Source: the human T2T-CHM13v2.0 reference genome, Homo sapiens
Assembly (NCBI RefSeq): GCF_009914755.1
Contig: NC_060943.1
DNA length: 64,000 nt
Strand: one strand, 5' to 3'
In this document: positions 25,373-52,610 of the stretch, piece after piece
Position numbering within the stretch: position 1 is the stretch's first letter
Layout: each line of letters begins with the position of its first letter
Program-made: the position numbers and the translations under genes
Notes under the pieces: generated by a model
Database searches by the model: none
What the model saw: the letters and a program-made list of their open reading frames with translations, nothing else
What the model was told of the DNA's origin: nothing

Positions 25373-25751
25373 TGACATTTCCCGGACTGATAGCGATCTC
25401 TGAAGCTCTTGCTCAAGGTTCTTTCCTGGACATTTATCTGCTCCAAAACTCACAGCTAGCTTCCTGCCATCAGCCCCCTACCTTTAACGTGGGCTCAAGG
25501 CTGGCGGCCACCTGGGACTGACGACAGAGACAGAAAGAGCCCCCTCACCTTGCCTCACCCTCAGACACAGCACAAGGTGACGGGACCGGGATTCGTTGCG
25601 GGGTGTGTCTCAGGGAGCCAGGAGGTAGGAGCTTGGGGATTAGGAGAGTTGAAGGGCACTCTCCAGGGTATACAAAAAGGAGGTAGTGGGCTGGGCACAG
25701 TGGCTCACCCCTGTAATCCTAGCACTTAGGGAGGCCGAGGCAGGTGGATCA

Positions 25752-25943
<192 letters not shown>

Positions 25944-26376
25944 CTAGGCAATAGAGTGAGACTCCATCTCAAAAGAAAAAAAAAAAAAGAGGTGGCAAAA
26001 AGGGGCTGAAAGTTCTGGGCCACCTCCTCTGGGTGAGGAATGTTCTCATGCCATATGCGTGAACTGTGCCTGGTCAGAGGTATTTGACTGTCTTCATCAC
26101 TGCGGTACCCCCAGCGCTTAGGATAGTGTCTGGTGTACAATTTGGGCTCAATGCATAATTTTACACTAAATGAATGAATCCATCCTCAGATGACAAAGGA
26201 GAGATTGCCCTCCTTAATGGATCACTCATCGATTATTTACCAAGTGCCTGCTGTGTTCCAGGGGCCAGGAGCAAGCCACACACCAGCCTCGCCTCTAGGG
26301 AACTCAGAGATGAATAATGCAGATGGGTGATCACCAAATGATCCAACAAACGCGGTCTAATTGCTGCTGCCTGTAA

Positions 26377-26529
<153 letters not shown>

Positions 26530-26582
26530 TGAGATTACAGGCATGCACCACCACACCCAGCTAATTTTTGTATCTTTAGTAG

Positions 26583-26741
<159 letters not shown>

Positions 26742-27070
26742 TGATTGAAAAGGGCAGGAAAAACTTTGGGGAGAAAGTGAAATTTGCACTGAGATCGCAG
26801 GAATGAGTTAAAAAAAAAAAAAAGCAGAGGAAAGAAAAGGTGTTCCAGGCAGAGGGGCAGCACATGCAAAGGCCCTGGGGTGGGAGGGAGATGAGAATCT
26901 TGGCAATGGACACAAAGGTAGGGAAGCCGGGATTTGGTGCACAAAGAGGGGGAAGGTGCAAGAGAAGTCTGGAGAGGCTGGCAGGTGCCCCAGCTCTCAC
27001 CAGTGGTGCCAGGGAGACTCATATTTATCCCACAAGCAATGAAGAGCCACAGTGTAATTTTCCAGTTTGA

Positions 27071-27253
<183 letters not shown>

Positions 27254-30200
27254 TAGAGACAGGGTTTCGCCTTGCCACCTAGACTGGTCCTGAAGCCCTG
27301 GCCTCAAGTGATTCTCCTGCCTGGGTCTCCCACAGCGCTGGGGTTACAAGGTTTGGGCTTTCAAAGGATCACTCTAGCTGTAGGGTGGTGAGTGGCTGGT
27401 AGGAGATGAATATAAAGCTGAGGGCCAGGCACAGTGGCGCACACCTGTACTCCCAGCACTTTGGGAGGCCGAGGTGCATGAATCACCTGAGGTCAGGAGT
27501 TCAAGACCAGCCTGGTCAATATGGTGAAACCCCGTCTCTACTAAAAATATAAAAATTAGCTGGGCATGTCCCCAGGGTGTGTGCCTATAGTCCCAACTAC
27601 TCTACTCAGGAGGCTGAAGCAGGAGAATTGCTTGAACCCGAGAGGCAGAGGTTGCAGTGAGCCAAGATTGTACCACTGCACTCCAGCTTAGGCAACACAG
27701 TGAGATCCTGTCTCAAAAAAAAAAAAAAATGCTGGGGCGCTGTGTGCTTGGATGATAGGGCTGTGGAGACAGGACATAGTGGACAGAGGCAAGAGGCTTT
27801 TTGGAGGCAAAATCGACAGGGCTTTGTGATGAATTGGGTGTGCGTGTTGGGGGAGTAGGAGACAGAGGTATTCAAGGATTCTACACCTCTATCTCAGACG
27901 AGCATACTGAGGCTCAGGGTGGGGATGGGGGGCAGAAAGCTCTGAACCCAGGATCACACAGTCATAATCCAGCATCTCAACTAGAGCTTCGACCTATGCC
28001 TGTCTGCTGTGTAAGCTCAAGCTTTCCTCAACCCCAGACCTCTCTTCTCTGCCTGCACCTCACCCTCGGAGGTCATTTTCAGGTTCAAAGACATAAATAG
28101 CATCTAAATTACTTTTGTATTTTTTTGTAGAGACAAGGAAGGTCTTGTCATGTTGTCCAGGCTGACCTGGAACTCCTGGACCCACACAATCTTCCCGCCT
28201 CTGTCTCCCAAAGTGCTGGGACTAGAAAAGTGAGCCACTGTGCCCTGCTGGCATCTAAATTCTGACTCCCACATGCCCGTACCCAGCCAGGAACCCCTCT
28301 GTAATTTTTTTGTTTTAATTTTGAGACAGAGCCTCACTTTGTCACCCAGACTGGAGTGCTGTGGTGTGATCTTGCCTCACTGTAACCCCCATCTCCTGGG
28401 TTCAAGCGATTCCCCTGCCTCAGCCTCCCGAGTAGCTAGGATTACAGGCACCTGCAACCACACCCAGCTAATTTTTGTATTTTTAGTAGAGATGGGGTTT
28501 TGCCATGTTGGCCAGGCTGGTCTCAAACTCCTGACCTCAGGTGATCCGCCCACCTCGGCCTTCCAAAGTGCTGGGATTACAGGCGTGAGCCACTGTGCTG
28601 GGCCCCCTCCTGTAATCTTGCTGCCGGTATCCAGCTGCCTAAGTGAACTTTCCCCGGGATGTCTTACAGGCATTTCAAAGGCGAAGTGACCAACCCCGAG
28701 CTCCTGGTCTTACCCCAAACCTGAGCTCCTGGTCTTACCCCAAACCTGCTCTCCTGCAGTCTCCCCCATCCCAGTGCACAGCAACTCCAGCTTCCATCGG
28801 TTCAAAAGTCCTGCAGTCACCCCGACACTGCTCTCCCTCTCACCTCACACATCCAGCCCAGCAGCAAATCTAGCCAGCTCCACCTTGACCCTGGAATCTG
28901 CTTCCCACCCCCTCCTCTGACATCACCCTGGTCCCCATCCCCATCACTGCCCACCTGGGTTACTGCAGCAGCTTCCTCCCGGCCTCCTGCTTCCATCCCA
29001 CCCCCTCAGTCTAGTCTCAACCTTAAAGTCACAGTGATTGTTAAGACCTAAGTCAGATATTGTTCCTTCTCTGCTCAACAGTCTCTTGTAACTCCCATCT
29101 CACTCACAGGAAAGGCCAGGAGAGTCTGCACTATGACTCACAGGGTCCTGCTCCATCTGTCCGCTTCCCTCTCTGCCTTCACGTCTCACCTCTCTTCCCA
29201 TTGCCCACGTGGCTCCAGCCACACCGGCCTCCCTGCTGTTCCTTGAGCATTCCAGGCACCGTCCTGCCTCAGGACCTTTGCACAAGCTGCTGGTTCTGCC
29301 TGAAGGGCTCTTCCTCCAGATACGTATGTGCCTCACTTTGTCATTTCCTCCAAAACTTTGCTCAAATGTTATATTCTTTTTTTTTTTTTTTGTAATAGTC
29401 TCTCCCTGTCTCCCATGCTGTAGTGCAATGGCGTGATCTCGACTCACTGCAACCTCTGCCTCCCGGGTTAAAGTGATTCTCCTGCCCTAGCCTCCCGAGT
29501 AGCTGGGATTACATGTGTGTGCTACCACGCCCAGCTAATTTTTTTGTGTTTTTAGTAGAGACGGGGTTTCACCACGTTGGCCAGGATGGTCTTGAACCCT
29601 TAATCTCAGGTGATCCTCCCGCCTTGGCATCCCAAAGTGTTGAGATTACAGGCATGAGCCACCGAGCCTGGCCAAATGTTATATTCTTATTGAGGTCTTC
29701 CCTGACAACCCCGTTTAATGTACCAGTGTCCCCTTTCTGCTTTCCGTCTTGTCCCTCACATTCTCAATTCTCCTTAACTTGATTTTTTTTTTTTTTTTTG
29801 GAGATGGAGTCTCACTCTGTCGCCGAGGCTGGAGTGCAGTGGCCTGATCTCGGCTCCCTGCAACCTCCAACCTCCCAGGTTCAAGTGATTCTCAGCCTCC
29901 CGAATACCTGGGATTACAGGTGTGCACCACCATGCCTGGCTAATTTTTGTATTTTTAGTAGAGACAGGGTTTCGCCCTGTTGAGCAGGCTGGTCTCGAAC
30001 TCCTGACCTCAGGTGATCTGCCTGCCTTGACCTCCCAAAGTGTTGGGGTTACAGGCGTGAGCCACTGCACCCGGCCAAAAAATTTTTAATTATTTATTTT
30101 TTATAGAGACTGGGTCTCACTATGTTGGCCACCTTGGACTGGAACTCCTGACTTCATCCAGTCCTTCTGCTTCAGCCTCACAAAGTGCTGTGATTACAGG

Positions 30201-30720
30201 CATGACCCTCCACACCTGGCCCCCTCCACTTTACTTATTATTTTTCCATAACACTTGGCAATCTTCTAAAGCAGTATATCATGAATTAATTTATTATATG
30301 TATTATACCTGACATCTCCCACTGGGATGTAAGTTCCACGAGGGCTTGTTTTGTTACATGAGTTATCTCTGGTACTTAGAGCAATATTATTGTGTCCAGT
30401 GAGCCGAGATCGTGCCATTGCACTGCAGCCTGGGTGACACAGCAAGACTGTGTCTCAAAAAAAAAAAAAAAAAGAAAGAAAGAAAGAAAAAAGAACAGTA
30501 TTATTGGGTCATAAAAAGCATTCAGGCTGTGCTCAATGTCTCACACTTGTAATCCCAGCACTCTGGGAGGCCAAGGTGGGAGGATCACTTGAAGCCAATA
30601 GTTGAAGAGTAGCCTGGGCAACACAGCAAGACCCCATCTCTACAGAAAAGAAAACTAAGGCTAGGCACAGTGGCTCACACCTGCAATCCTAGCATTTTGG
30701 AGGCTGAGGTGGGTGGATCA

Positions 30721-31141
<421 letters not shown>

Positions 31142-31177
31142 TCATTCCATAAAAAGTATCAAATGGAGAAATAAATC

Positions 31178-32244
31178 ATCAGTGGGGTCTCGGAGGGGAC
31201 CAGGGGCTGCAGTGACAGGCAACCTGGGGCCCTGACACAGGGTCATTCCTGTTCCAGGAAGATGAATGCTTCCAGATGCCTGTCTGAGGAAGTGGGGTCC
31301 CTCCGCCCTCTAACCATGGCTGTCCTGTCTGCCTCCTTTGTCGTCGGAGTGCTGGGCAATGGGCTGGTGCCGTGGGTGACTGTCTTCCGCATGGCCCGCA
31401 CAGTCTCCACCGTCTGCTTCTTCCACCTGGCCCTTGCCGATTTCATGCTCTCACTGTCTCTGCCCATCCTCGTGTACTATATTGTCTCCAGGCAGTGGCT
31501 CCTTGGAGAGTGGGCCTGCAAACTCTACACCGGTTTTGTGTTCCTCACCTTCTCCACCAGTAACTGCCTCCTGGTCCTCATCTCTGTGGACCGTTGCATC
31601 TCTGTCCTCTACCCCGTCTGGGCCCTGAACCACCGCACTGAGCAGAGGGCGAGCTGGCTGGCCTTCGGGGTGTGGCTCCTGGCCGCCGCCTTGTGCTCTG
31701 CGCACCTGAAATTCCGGACAACCAGAAAATGGAATGGCTGTATGCAGTGCTACTTACAGTTCAACTTGGAGAATGAGACTGCCCAGATGTGGACTCAGGA
31801 GGTCTTTGGGAGACAAATGGCGGTGATCATGGCCCACTTCCTGCTGGGCTTCCTGGGGCCCTTAGCAATCATAGGCACCTGCGCCCACCTCATCCGGGCC
31901 AAGCTCTTGCGGGAGGGCTGGGTCCATGCCAACCGGCCCAAGAGGCTGCTGCTGGTGCTGGTGAGCGCTTTATCTGCTGGTTCCCATTTAACGTGATGCT
32001 GTTGGTCCATCTGTGGCGACGGGTGATGCTCAAGGAATTCTACCACCCCCAGATGCTGCTCATCCTCCAGGCTAGCTTTGCCTTGGGCTGTGTCAACAAC
32101 TGCCTCAACCCGTTCCTCTACGTCTTCGTTGGCAGAGATTTCCAAGAAAAGTTTTTCCAGTCTTTGCCTTCTGCCCTGGCGAGGGCGTTTGGAGAGGAGG
32201 AGTTTCTGTCATCCTGTCCCCGTGGCAACGCCCCCCGGGAATGA
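31178..32244 (+). pseudogene. GPR32P1: GPR32 pseudogene: first ATG changed to ATC (31178-31180); 4-bp deletion at ~31968-31971 shifts frame in TM6
   Basis: ORF 31262-31996 and the C-terminal part of ORF 31789-32244 together rebuild the receptor; GPR32 GCTTTCTTTATC reads GCTTTATC here. Confidence 0.95.
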
Positions 32245-33136
32245 TGGAAGACTTCAGCTGGAAGCTGGAAGCCGTCCTTCTTAGTTTGCTTGTGGCCTCT
32301 TACCTTGACTGGCTTCTAAAACCCTGCCAAATCCTGCCTCTTCTTTCAGGAAGTCTTCCGGCAACCCCTCATCTAAAGCTCTGTGGTAGAGACAGCTACT
32401 TACTCCCCAGTGTCCATTCTTCCCTTTCTTTTTATCTTTTTCCTTTTTTATTTTTTGGAGACAGAGTCTTATTTTGTCACCCAGGCTGGAGCGCAGTGGC
32501 ACAGTCTTGGCTCACTGCAGCCTTGACCTCCAGGGCTCAAGCCATCCTCCTGCCTCAGCACCCCCGCCCCCCACCCCCAAATAGCTGGGACTACAGGCAT
32601 GTGCCACCAAGCCTGGCTAATTTGTAGAGATGGGGTTTCATCATTTTGCCCAGGATGGTCTCAAGCTCCTGAGTTCAAATGATCCTCCAGCCTTGGCCCC
32701 CCAAAATGCTGGGATTACAGGTGTGAGCCACAGCGCCTGGCCTCCCCTTTGCTTGTAGTAAGACTCCTGTTTGTTTCAAACGAGGCACATGCTTAACTAG
32801 AAAAGAAAAAAAAGACTACATTTCCCAGAATCCTTTGCATGTAGTACAGCCATGTGACTGCTTCTGGCCAATAAAATGTAAGTGGCAGCAATCAATGTAA
32901 CTTCCTTGAAGAGCCATTAAATGGAAGAGGCCTGTCCTCCATTTCCCCATCTCCCCCTTAATATTGTCCAGAATGCAGACATACCAGTTAGCTCTTGTTG
33001 CGCAACAAACACCATCAAAGTTTAGAGGCTTAAAAACATAACCATTTTTTTTATAGGGTCTTGTTCTGTTGCCCAGGTTGGAGTGCAGTGGTGTGATCAT
33101 AGCTCACCACCACCTCAATCTCCCAGGCTCAAGTAG

Positions 33137-33406
<270 letters not shown>

Positions 33407-34976
33407 TAGCCAGGATGGTCTGTATCTCCTGACCTCGTGATCTGCCCGCCTCAGCCTCCCAAAATGCTGGGATTACAGGCGTGAGCCACTGCGCCCAGCC
33501 CACCTGGCTAATTTTTTTAAAAAAGTTTTTGTAGAGATGGAGTCTTGCTATGTTGCCCAGGCTGGTCTCAAACTCCTGGCCTCAAGCAATCCTCCTGCCT
33601 CAGCCTCCCAAAGTGTTGGGATTATAGACGTGAGCCACCACACCTGGCTTCATAACCTTTTATGATTTCTGTGGATCAGCAGTTTGGGCTGGGCTCAGCT
33701 CAGTAGTTTTCTCATCTTGCGTCTGGGTTTCTTTATGCATCTGTGGGTCACCTAAGTGATTCTGCTTCTGGGAGAGTGGCTGGCTTGGGGTGATGGGATT
33801 GGCTAATCCACATAGCTCTTATCATCCTGCAGGCTGGCTTTTTCGTTTGATGGTTGGGGAGGGTTCCAAGAGTAAGGAAAGTATGAGGCGGAGGCTCAGA
33901 ACTTTGCACAAGGTGACTAGCACTCAAGCTACTGGTCAAAAAGCAAGTCACGAGCCTGGCTTAGATTCGAGGTGTGAGGAAAGGACTCCACCCCTTGATG
34001 GGAAAATCTAAAGAGTGACATTGCTAAGGAGCACGTATGCAGGAAGGTGTGCAGAACGGGGGCCATTTGTGTAATCTGCCACAGCAGCCCTGATGCAAAG
34101 CTACCGTGTACCCAGGGAGTCCCTAGGCCAGCCCTGAGATGCTTACACCCAGGTTGTGAAAGGGGAGGTTTCAAATCCCAGCTCATTGAAGCCACTGTTA
34201 TTTTGTGTCTCTCCTGCAACAGCTGAATCTACCCCTTAACTATTAATTATGCTGCCAAACTCTGGAACTTGTGTAAAGTGACTTAATAAATTTCCTTATT
34301 GTTGAAGCCAGTTGGAGTCAGGTTTTCTGTTACTTAAAACCCCCCCAAAAAAACAAACTGGTGCATGTGAAGAATAGTCCTTTCTGGGGATTGAAGTCCC
34401 AGTGGTCCCTGGTCACAACAGGCCATTCCCTTGGCTCTTAAGTCGAGGCAAAAGAAAAATGTCATGCAATCCAGAAGCTGTCACACCACTTGCTCATGAT
34501 TCAAAGAAGTAAATCTGCCCAGGTGGGGTGGCTCATGCCTGTAATTTCATCACTTTGGGAGGCTGAAGTAGGCGGATCACTTGAGGTCAGGAGTTTGAGA
34601 CCAGTCTGGCCAACATGGTGAAACCCCTTCTCTATGAAACATACAAAAATTAGCCAGACGTGGTGGCAGGCACCTGTAGTCTCAGCTACTCCAGAGACAG
34701 AGGAAGGAGAATCGCTTGAACCTGGGAGACAGACGTTGCAGTGAGCCAAGAGCTCGTCACTGTACTGCAGGTTGGGTGACAGAGACTCTTTCTCAAAAAA
34801 AAAAAAAAAAAAAAAAAAGCATCTATGACTTGCCATGAGAACTCCACCTCTCAGAGACTCATTTGCCCCCAAATCTATAAAATAGGAACAAATGTTTCCA
34901 TCTTCTGGATGAGGAGAGGATTAAATGACACAGTGACTGAGTGCCAGGAAGCACAGAGTCACCTTAAAAAAAATTA

Positions 34977-47308
<12,332 letters not shown>

Positions 47309-48223
47309 ACCTATTCTGTTGACTAGTGGATCTGATTAAAAATAAATAAACTGGGGAAAGTATTATTTAAAAAAAAAAACTTGAAAGTGATGAGAAATAG
47401 TCCTCCCTTTCATTCCAAATCCTCCATTGTTACTTTTTCTCACGAGAAAACTGTTACCAGTTTTTTGTGTATCCAACCCATGCATAAGCACTTTCTTTCT
47501 TTCTTTTTTTTTTTTTTTTTTTTGAGACAGAGTCTTTCTCTGTTGCCTAGGCTGGAGTGCAGCAGTGAGATCTCGGCTCACCGCAGCCTCCGCCTCCCGG
47601 GGTTCAAGTGATTCTCCTGCCTCAGCCTCCCGAGTAGCTGGGATTACAGACACCCACCATCATGTCCAGCTAACTTTTGTATTTTTGTAGAGACAGGGTT
47701 TCACCATGTTGACCAGGCTGGTCTTGAACTCCTGACCTCAGGTGGTCTGCCCGCCTTGGCTTCCCAAAGTGCCTGGGATTATAGGCGTGAGCCACCGCTC
47801 CCAGTGCATAAGCACTTTCAACACAAATAGAGCATGCCATAGCTATGATTCTACATCGTGAGTATTTTCCAAAGAGTATACCTTTGGGACGGCAATACAT
47901 AAGATATCTAGCACATGACTTTTCAATGGTGGTGGCTAAGTATTCCCTTATATGTATATACTGTGCACGGAAGTAGTGTTCCCTAATCCCCTACTGATGA
48001 GTTGCTTTGAATTTGATGCAATGATATTTTTGAAACTTTGAAAATTATTCAATAAAACACACATTCTGAACAATACATAAAGAAAATAGAATGGGGGGAA
48101 TTTGTTTGATTTATCACTAAGTGAACAACCAGGCAACCCAGCCATAAAACAACGTGGCCACCCCAGGGCTCCCCTCCCACCTCCTCGCCCTCTCAGTCAG
48201 TCCTCCATCTCCTTTAAAGATAA

Positions 48224-48424
<201 letters not shown>

Positions 48425-49699
48425 TAGTAGAGATGGGGTTTCTCTATGCTGGCCAGGCTGGTCTCAAACTCTTGGCCTCAGGTGATCCACCCGCCTCGGC
48501 CTCCCAAAGTGCTGGGATTACAGGCGTGAGTCTCCCCACCCTGGCCAATATATTTCGATTAAATATATCAATGCTGATATTTGTCCATCCTCACATTTTG
48601 TCGGTCTCTCTCTCCATCTGTCCACGCACTGTAGTACCTCCAGTATGATGAGCAGACAAGACGGGGACATGAGGTCTGGGAAACCCAGGGAGGGAGCCCT
48701 CAGCATACCCACTGTGCTGCAAGGGGCACAATGCTCAGAGGTACCTCCCAAAAATGTTGAACTGTGTTAAAGTCGGCGCAGGTAGGACGTCACGATATTT
48801 TACCTATTAATTCTTCAGCCTGTATCTTCTAAGAACAAGAGCATTTTCCCTGTAAAATTATAATATTATTATCTCCCTCAAGAACTTTACCATTGGTATT
48901 ATCTAATAAACAGGCCATATTCAAATTTCCTAACTGTTCCAATAATAAACTTTAGAGCAATTTTTTTTTTTGAGTCAGGTTCTTGCTTTGTTGACCAGGC
49001 GGGAGTAGAGTGGCATGGTCATAGCTCCCTGCAGCCTCGAGCAATCCTCCTGCCTCAGCCTCCCAAGTAGCTGGGACGACAGGCATGTGCCATCATGCCC
49101 TCATTAAATTTTTTTTTTGTAGAGACAGAATCTTGCTATGTTGCCCAGGCTGGTCTTGAATTCCTGGCCTCAAGCAATCTTTCTGCTTCAGCCTCCCGAA
49201 GTGTTGAGATTACATGTGTGAGCCGCTGCCCTTGGCATGGAGCATTTTTTAAAAAGCAGGATCCTGCAATGATATTCTCTGCCTCTCCTTGAAAAAAAAA
49301 AAAAAAAAAAGACTATGCATTAGGTCACAAATAAAACATAGGTTGATTCCCCAAAGCAGAGGTAATACAGGCCATATTCAAATTTAGAAATTAATAACAA
49401 AAGATGAAAAAAATGCTTCAATTGCCTTGGACATTGCAAAACACCCTTCTAAATAACATCTTGGTTCAACTGTTAATTAAAACTTAAGTTCTACTTCATT
49501 TAAAGCACACTACATATAAAAACTTACGGCCAGGCGCGGTGGCTCATACCTGTAATCCCAGCACTTTGGGAGGCTGAGGCAGGCAGATCACCTCTGGTCA
49601 GGAGTTCGAGACCAGCCTGGCCAACATGGTGAAACCCCATCTCCACTAAAAATACAAAAATTAGCCAGGTGTGGTGGTGCATGCCTGTAGTCCCAGCTA

Positions 49700-49835
<136 letters not shown>

Positions 49836-50228
49836 TTAAAAAATCTTATGAGATGGGGCCAAAGCTGTGCTCAGAGGAAAATCTATAGCTTATTTATTTG
49901 TTTTGTTGTTGTTGTTGTTGTTTATTTGAGACAGGGTCTCACTCTGTCACCCAGACTGGAGTATGGTGGCACCATTGCTCACTGTAGCCTCAACCTCCCA
50001 GGCTCAAGTGATCCTCCCACCTCAGCCTCCCCAGTATCTCCACCATGCCCAGCTATTTGTTTAATTAATTAATTAATTAATTAATTTATTGGTAGAGATG
50101 GGGTCTTGCTATGTTACCAAGGCTGATCTCAAATACCTGAGCTCAAGCCATCGTCCTGCCTTGGCCTCCCAAAGTGTTGAAATTACAGGCGTGAGCCACT
50201 GCACTCAGCCTTTAATTTAATTGTAATT

Positions 50229-50232
<4 letters not shown>

Positions 50233-50274
<42 letters not shown>

Positions 50275-50278
50275 GAGA
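50233..50278. repeat. (GA)n microsatellite
   Basis: Seen directly. Confidence 0.95.
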
Positions 50279-50584
50279 AAGTCCGAGAGGAAATTAGCAA
50301 AGCAAACAATTCAGGAAGAAAAAAAAACTATAAAATAGTGCACTGAAAGTTGAAAGAAAGCGTTCATAGAGATTAGAGGGAGTTAATTTTAAGTAAAAAA
50401 TTATGGACAATAGTAAGAAGCTGGTTCTTTGGAAGGAGAAATACTCTTTTCCATGTTCTGTCTCTCTCTCATGTGTGGACACAGGTACACACACACAAAA
50501 CCAACAATAATATTCTTTTACGTTTGTGTTTGTGTACTTTTGTGAATGCTTCAAGAAGGCAGAAGAGCACAATGGGACACAAGT

Positions 50585-50740
50585 TGCTTCCACTCTCTGT
50601 GCCTCAGTTTCCACCAATGTAAAATGGGGATAATGGCAGTAGCTCCCTGAGAGGGTCCCTGTGAGGATGACTTGCGTTGCCGTGGGTGGGGCGCTTGGCT
50701 CCGTGCCTGGCACCGAGGAGGTGCGATGTGTTTGCTGTGA
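50585..50740. mobile_element. MIR element at the edge of the CpG island
   Basis: ctctgtgcctcagtttcc...tgtaaaatggggataat...gtgcctggcac core. Confidence 0.7.
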
Positions 50741-51200
50741 TCAGTATCATCCTCTGTTGCATAAATTCCTCCTGGGGAACTGCCGGGTTAGAGGGCGTGT
50801 TCGATGTCGCAGACGCCGCCGCGAGCGCTCTGCAAGCCTGTTTCCCACGGCTTCGCCAACGCAGCAACCGCCAAGTCAGCCTCTTTGATCTTTGCCTTCT
50901 CAGAGGAGAAAAGTGGGATCCCGGGGAGGTTTTTAATTTGCATTGATTTTCTAATGAATGCGGTTCAGCATTCTTCCAAGGAGGCTCTGCGGTTTTTAGA
51001 GCTGGCTGCAGGATCCTCCCTGGGGAGACGTGGTCTTTGCTGGGGCAGAGCCAGGCGCGGTGGTGGAGGTGGGTTTGAGTCTCGGGGAGCGCGCGGGAGC
51101 TGGGCACGGCCCCGTGCTTGAGAGGATCTGGCATTTTCCTGGGCAGCCTCGGCGAGAGAGAGTCGTGGAAGGTGAGTTAAGCCTCCGGATTATACTCTGC
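50670..51200. promoter_or_regulatory. Orphan CpG-rich island ending in a consensus splice donor
   Basis: CpG-dense non-Alu sequence; octamer ATTTGCAT 50936-50943; AAG|GTGAGT at 51169-51177. Confidence 0.5.
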
Positions 51201-51456
51201 CAAGCAGGGACTAAAAATTCGTATCCAACAGAATTGCTAAGACAGCTGAAGACTGCGATTCACGCCTTCATCCCTTAAATAATGACAGCTCACAGGTATT
51301 GATCGTGACCTAAGTACCAGGCCCTGTCCAGAGCTTTCTAAACATGTGAACTCCCAAAGTCAGCATCACAACCCTGAGGGCGGTGCTGCGATTATTCCCG
51401 TTGTACAGAGGAGGAAACTCGAGGCTCAGAGAGGTAAAGTCATTTACCGAAGGTCA

Positions 51457-51825
<369 letters not shown>

Positions 51826-51904
51826 TTATGTTTACCGAGCGCCTGTCTGGTGAAGGTCACTGTTTTTGGTGTGGGAGAAAGGCAAAGAAGACAAAGATAC
51901 CTAC

Positions 51905-52610
51905 CTTTGAAGGACTAGCATTCTAGGGAGTAGCACTGACATGCCGGGGGCAGTGGCTAACATTTAAGGGCGAGGGGCTGGCATTTAGGGGGAGTGGATA
52001 ACTTTAGGAGGCGGGGCTAAAATTCCAAAGGGAGAAACTGATCTTCCAGGGAAAGAAATTGACATTCAGAGGGGAGGGACTAACATCCCAGGGGGAGGAG
52101 CTAATATTCCAGGGAGGAGGAGCTAACATTTCAGGAGGAGGGGCTAATATTTTTAGTACAATTATACACTGTTAATCACTACCTCTGTTTCTAACATTTT
52201 AGGGTAATTGCATGCTCTTAATCACTACCTCTGATTCTCTCAGGCAATAAAGGAGGGGCCAACCTTTATGAGGGAGGGGGTAATATGCCAAGGGGAGGAA
52301 CTGACAATCCATGGGAAGAAATGGACATTCTAGGGGGAGGAGCTAACAACGAGGAGGGGCTAACATCGCAGGAGAAAAATTGACATTTAAGAGGGGAGAA
52401 GCTAACATCGCAGGAGAGAAATTGACATTTCAGAAGGGAGGAGCTAACATCATAGGAAAGAAATTGACATTTCAGGGGGAGGAGCTAACATTGCAGGGGA
52501 GAAATTGACATACAGGAGGAGGGGCTAACATTCAAATAAGGGTGCTAACATTCAGTGGGAGAGGCTAACATTGCAGGGGAGAAACTGACATTTCAGGGCA
52601 GGGCTGACAC
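51905..52610 (+). repeat. Degenerate ~20-22 bp tandem repeat with alternating GCTAACAT / TTGACAT units
   Basis: e.g. ggagctaacatcgcaggagagaaattgacatttcag recurring. Confidence 0.85.

Noticed and set aside
28698-28747. 25-bp tandem duplication present only in unit 1
   Set aside because: Ordinary slippage event with no evident consequence
50604-51278. Overlapping ORFs in the CpG island as a processed pseudogene or coding exon
   Set aside because: No recognisable protein in any frame, partly MIR-derived, no poly(A) tail or TSD
51905-52610. Possible CRISPR-like repeat-spacer array
   Set aside because: Units are degenerate and contiguous without unique spacers; no cas genes; eukaryotic context
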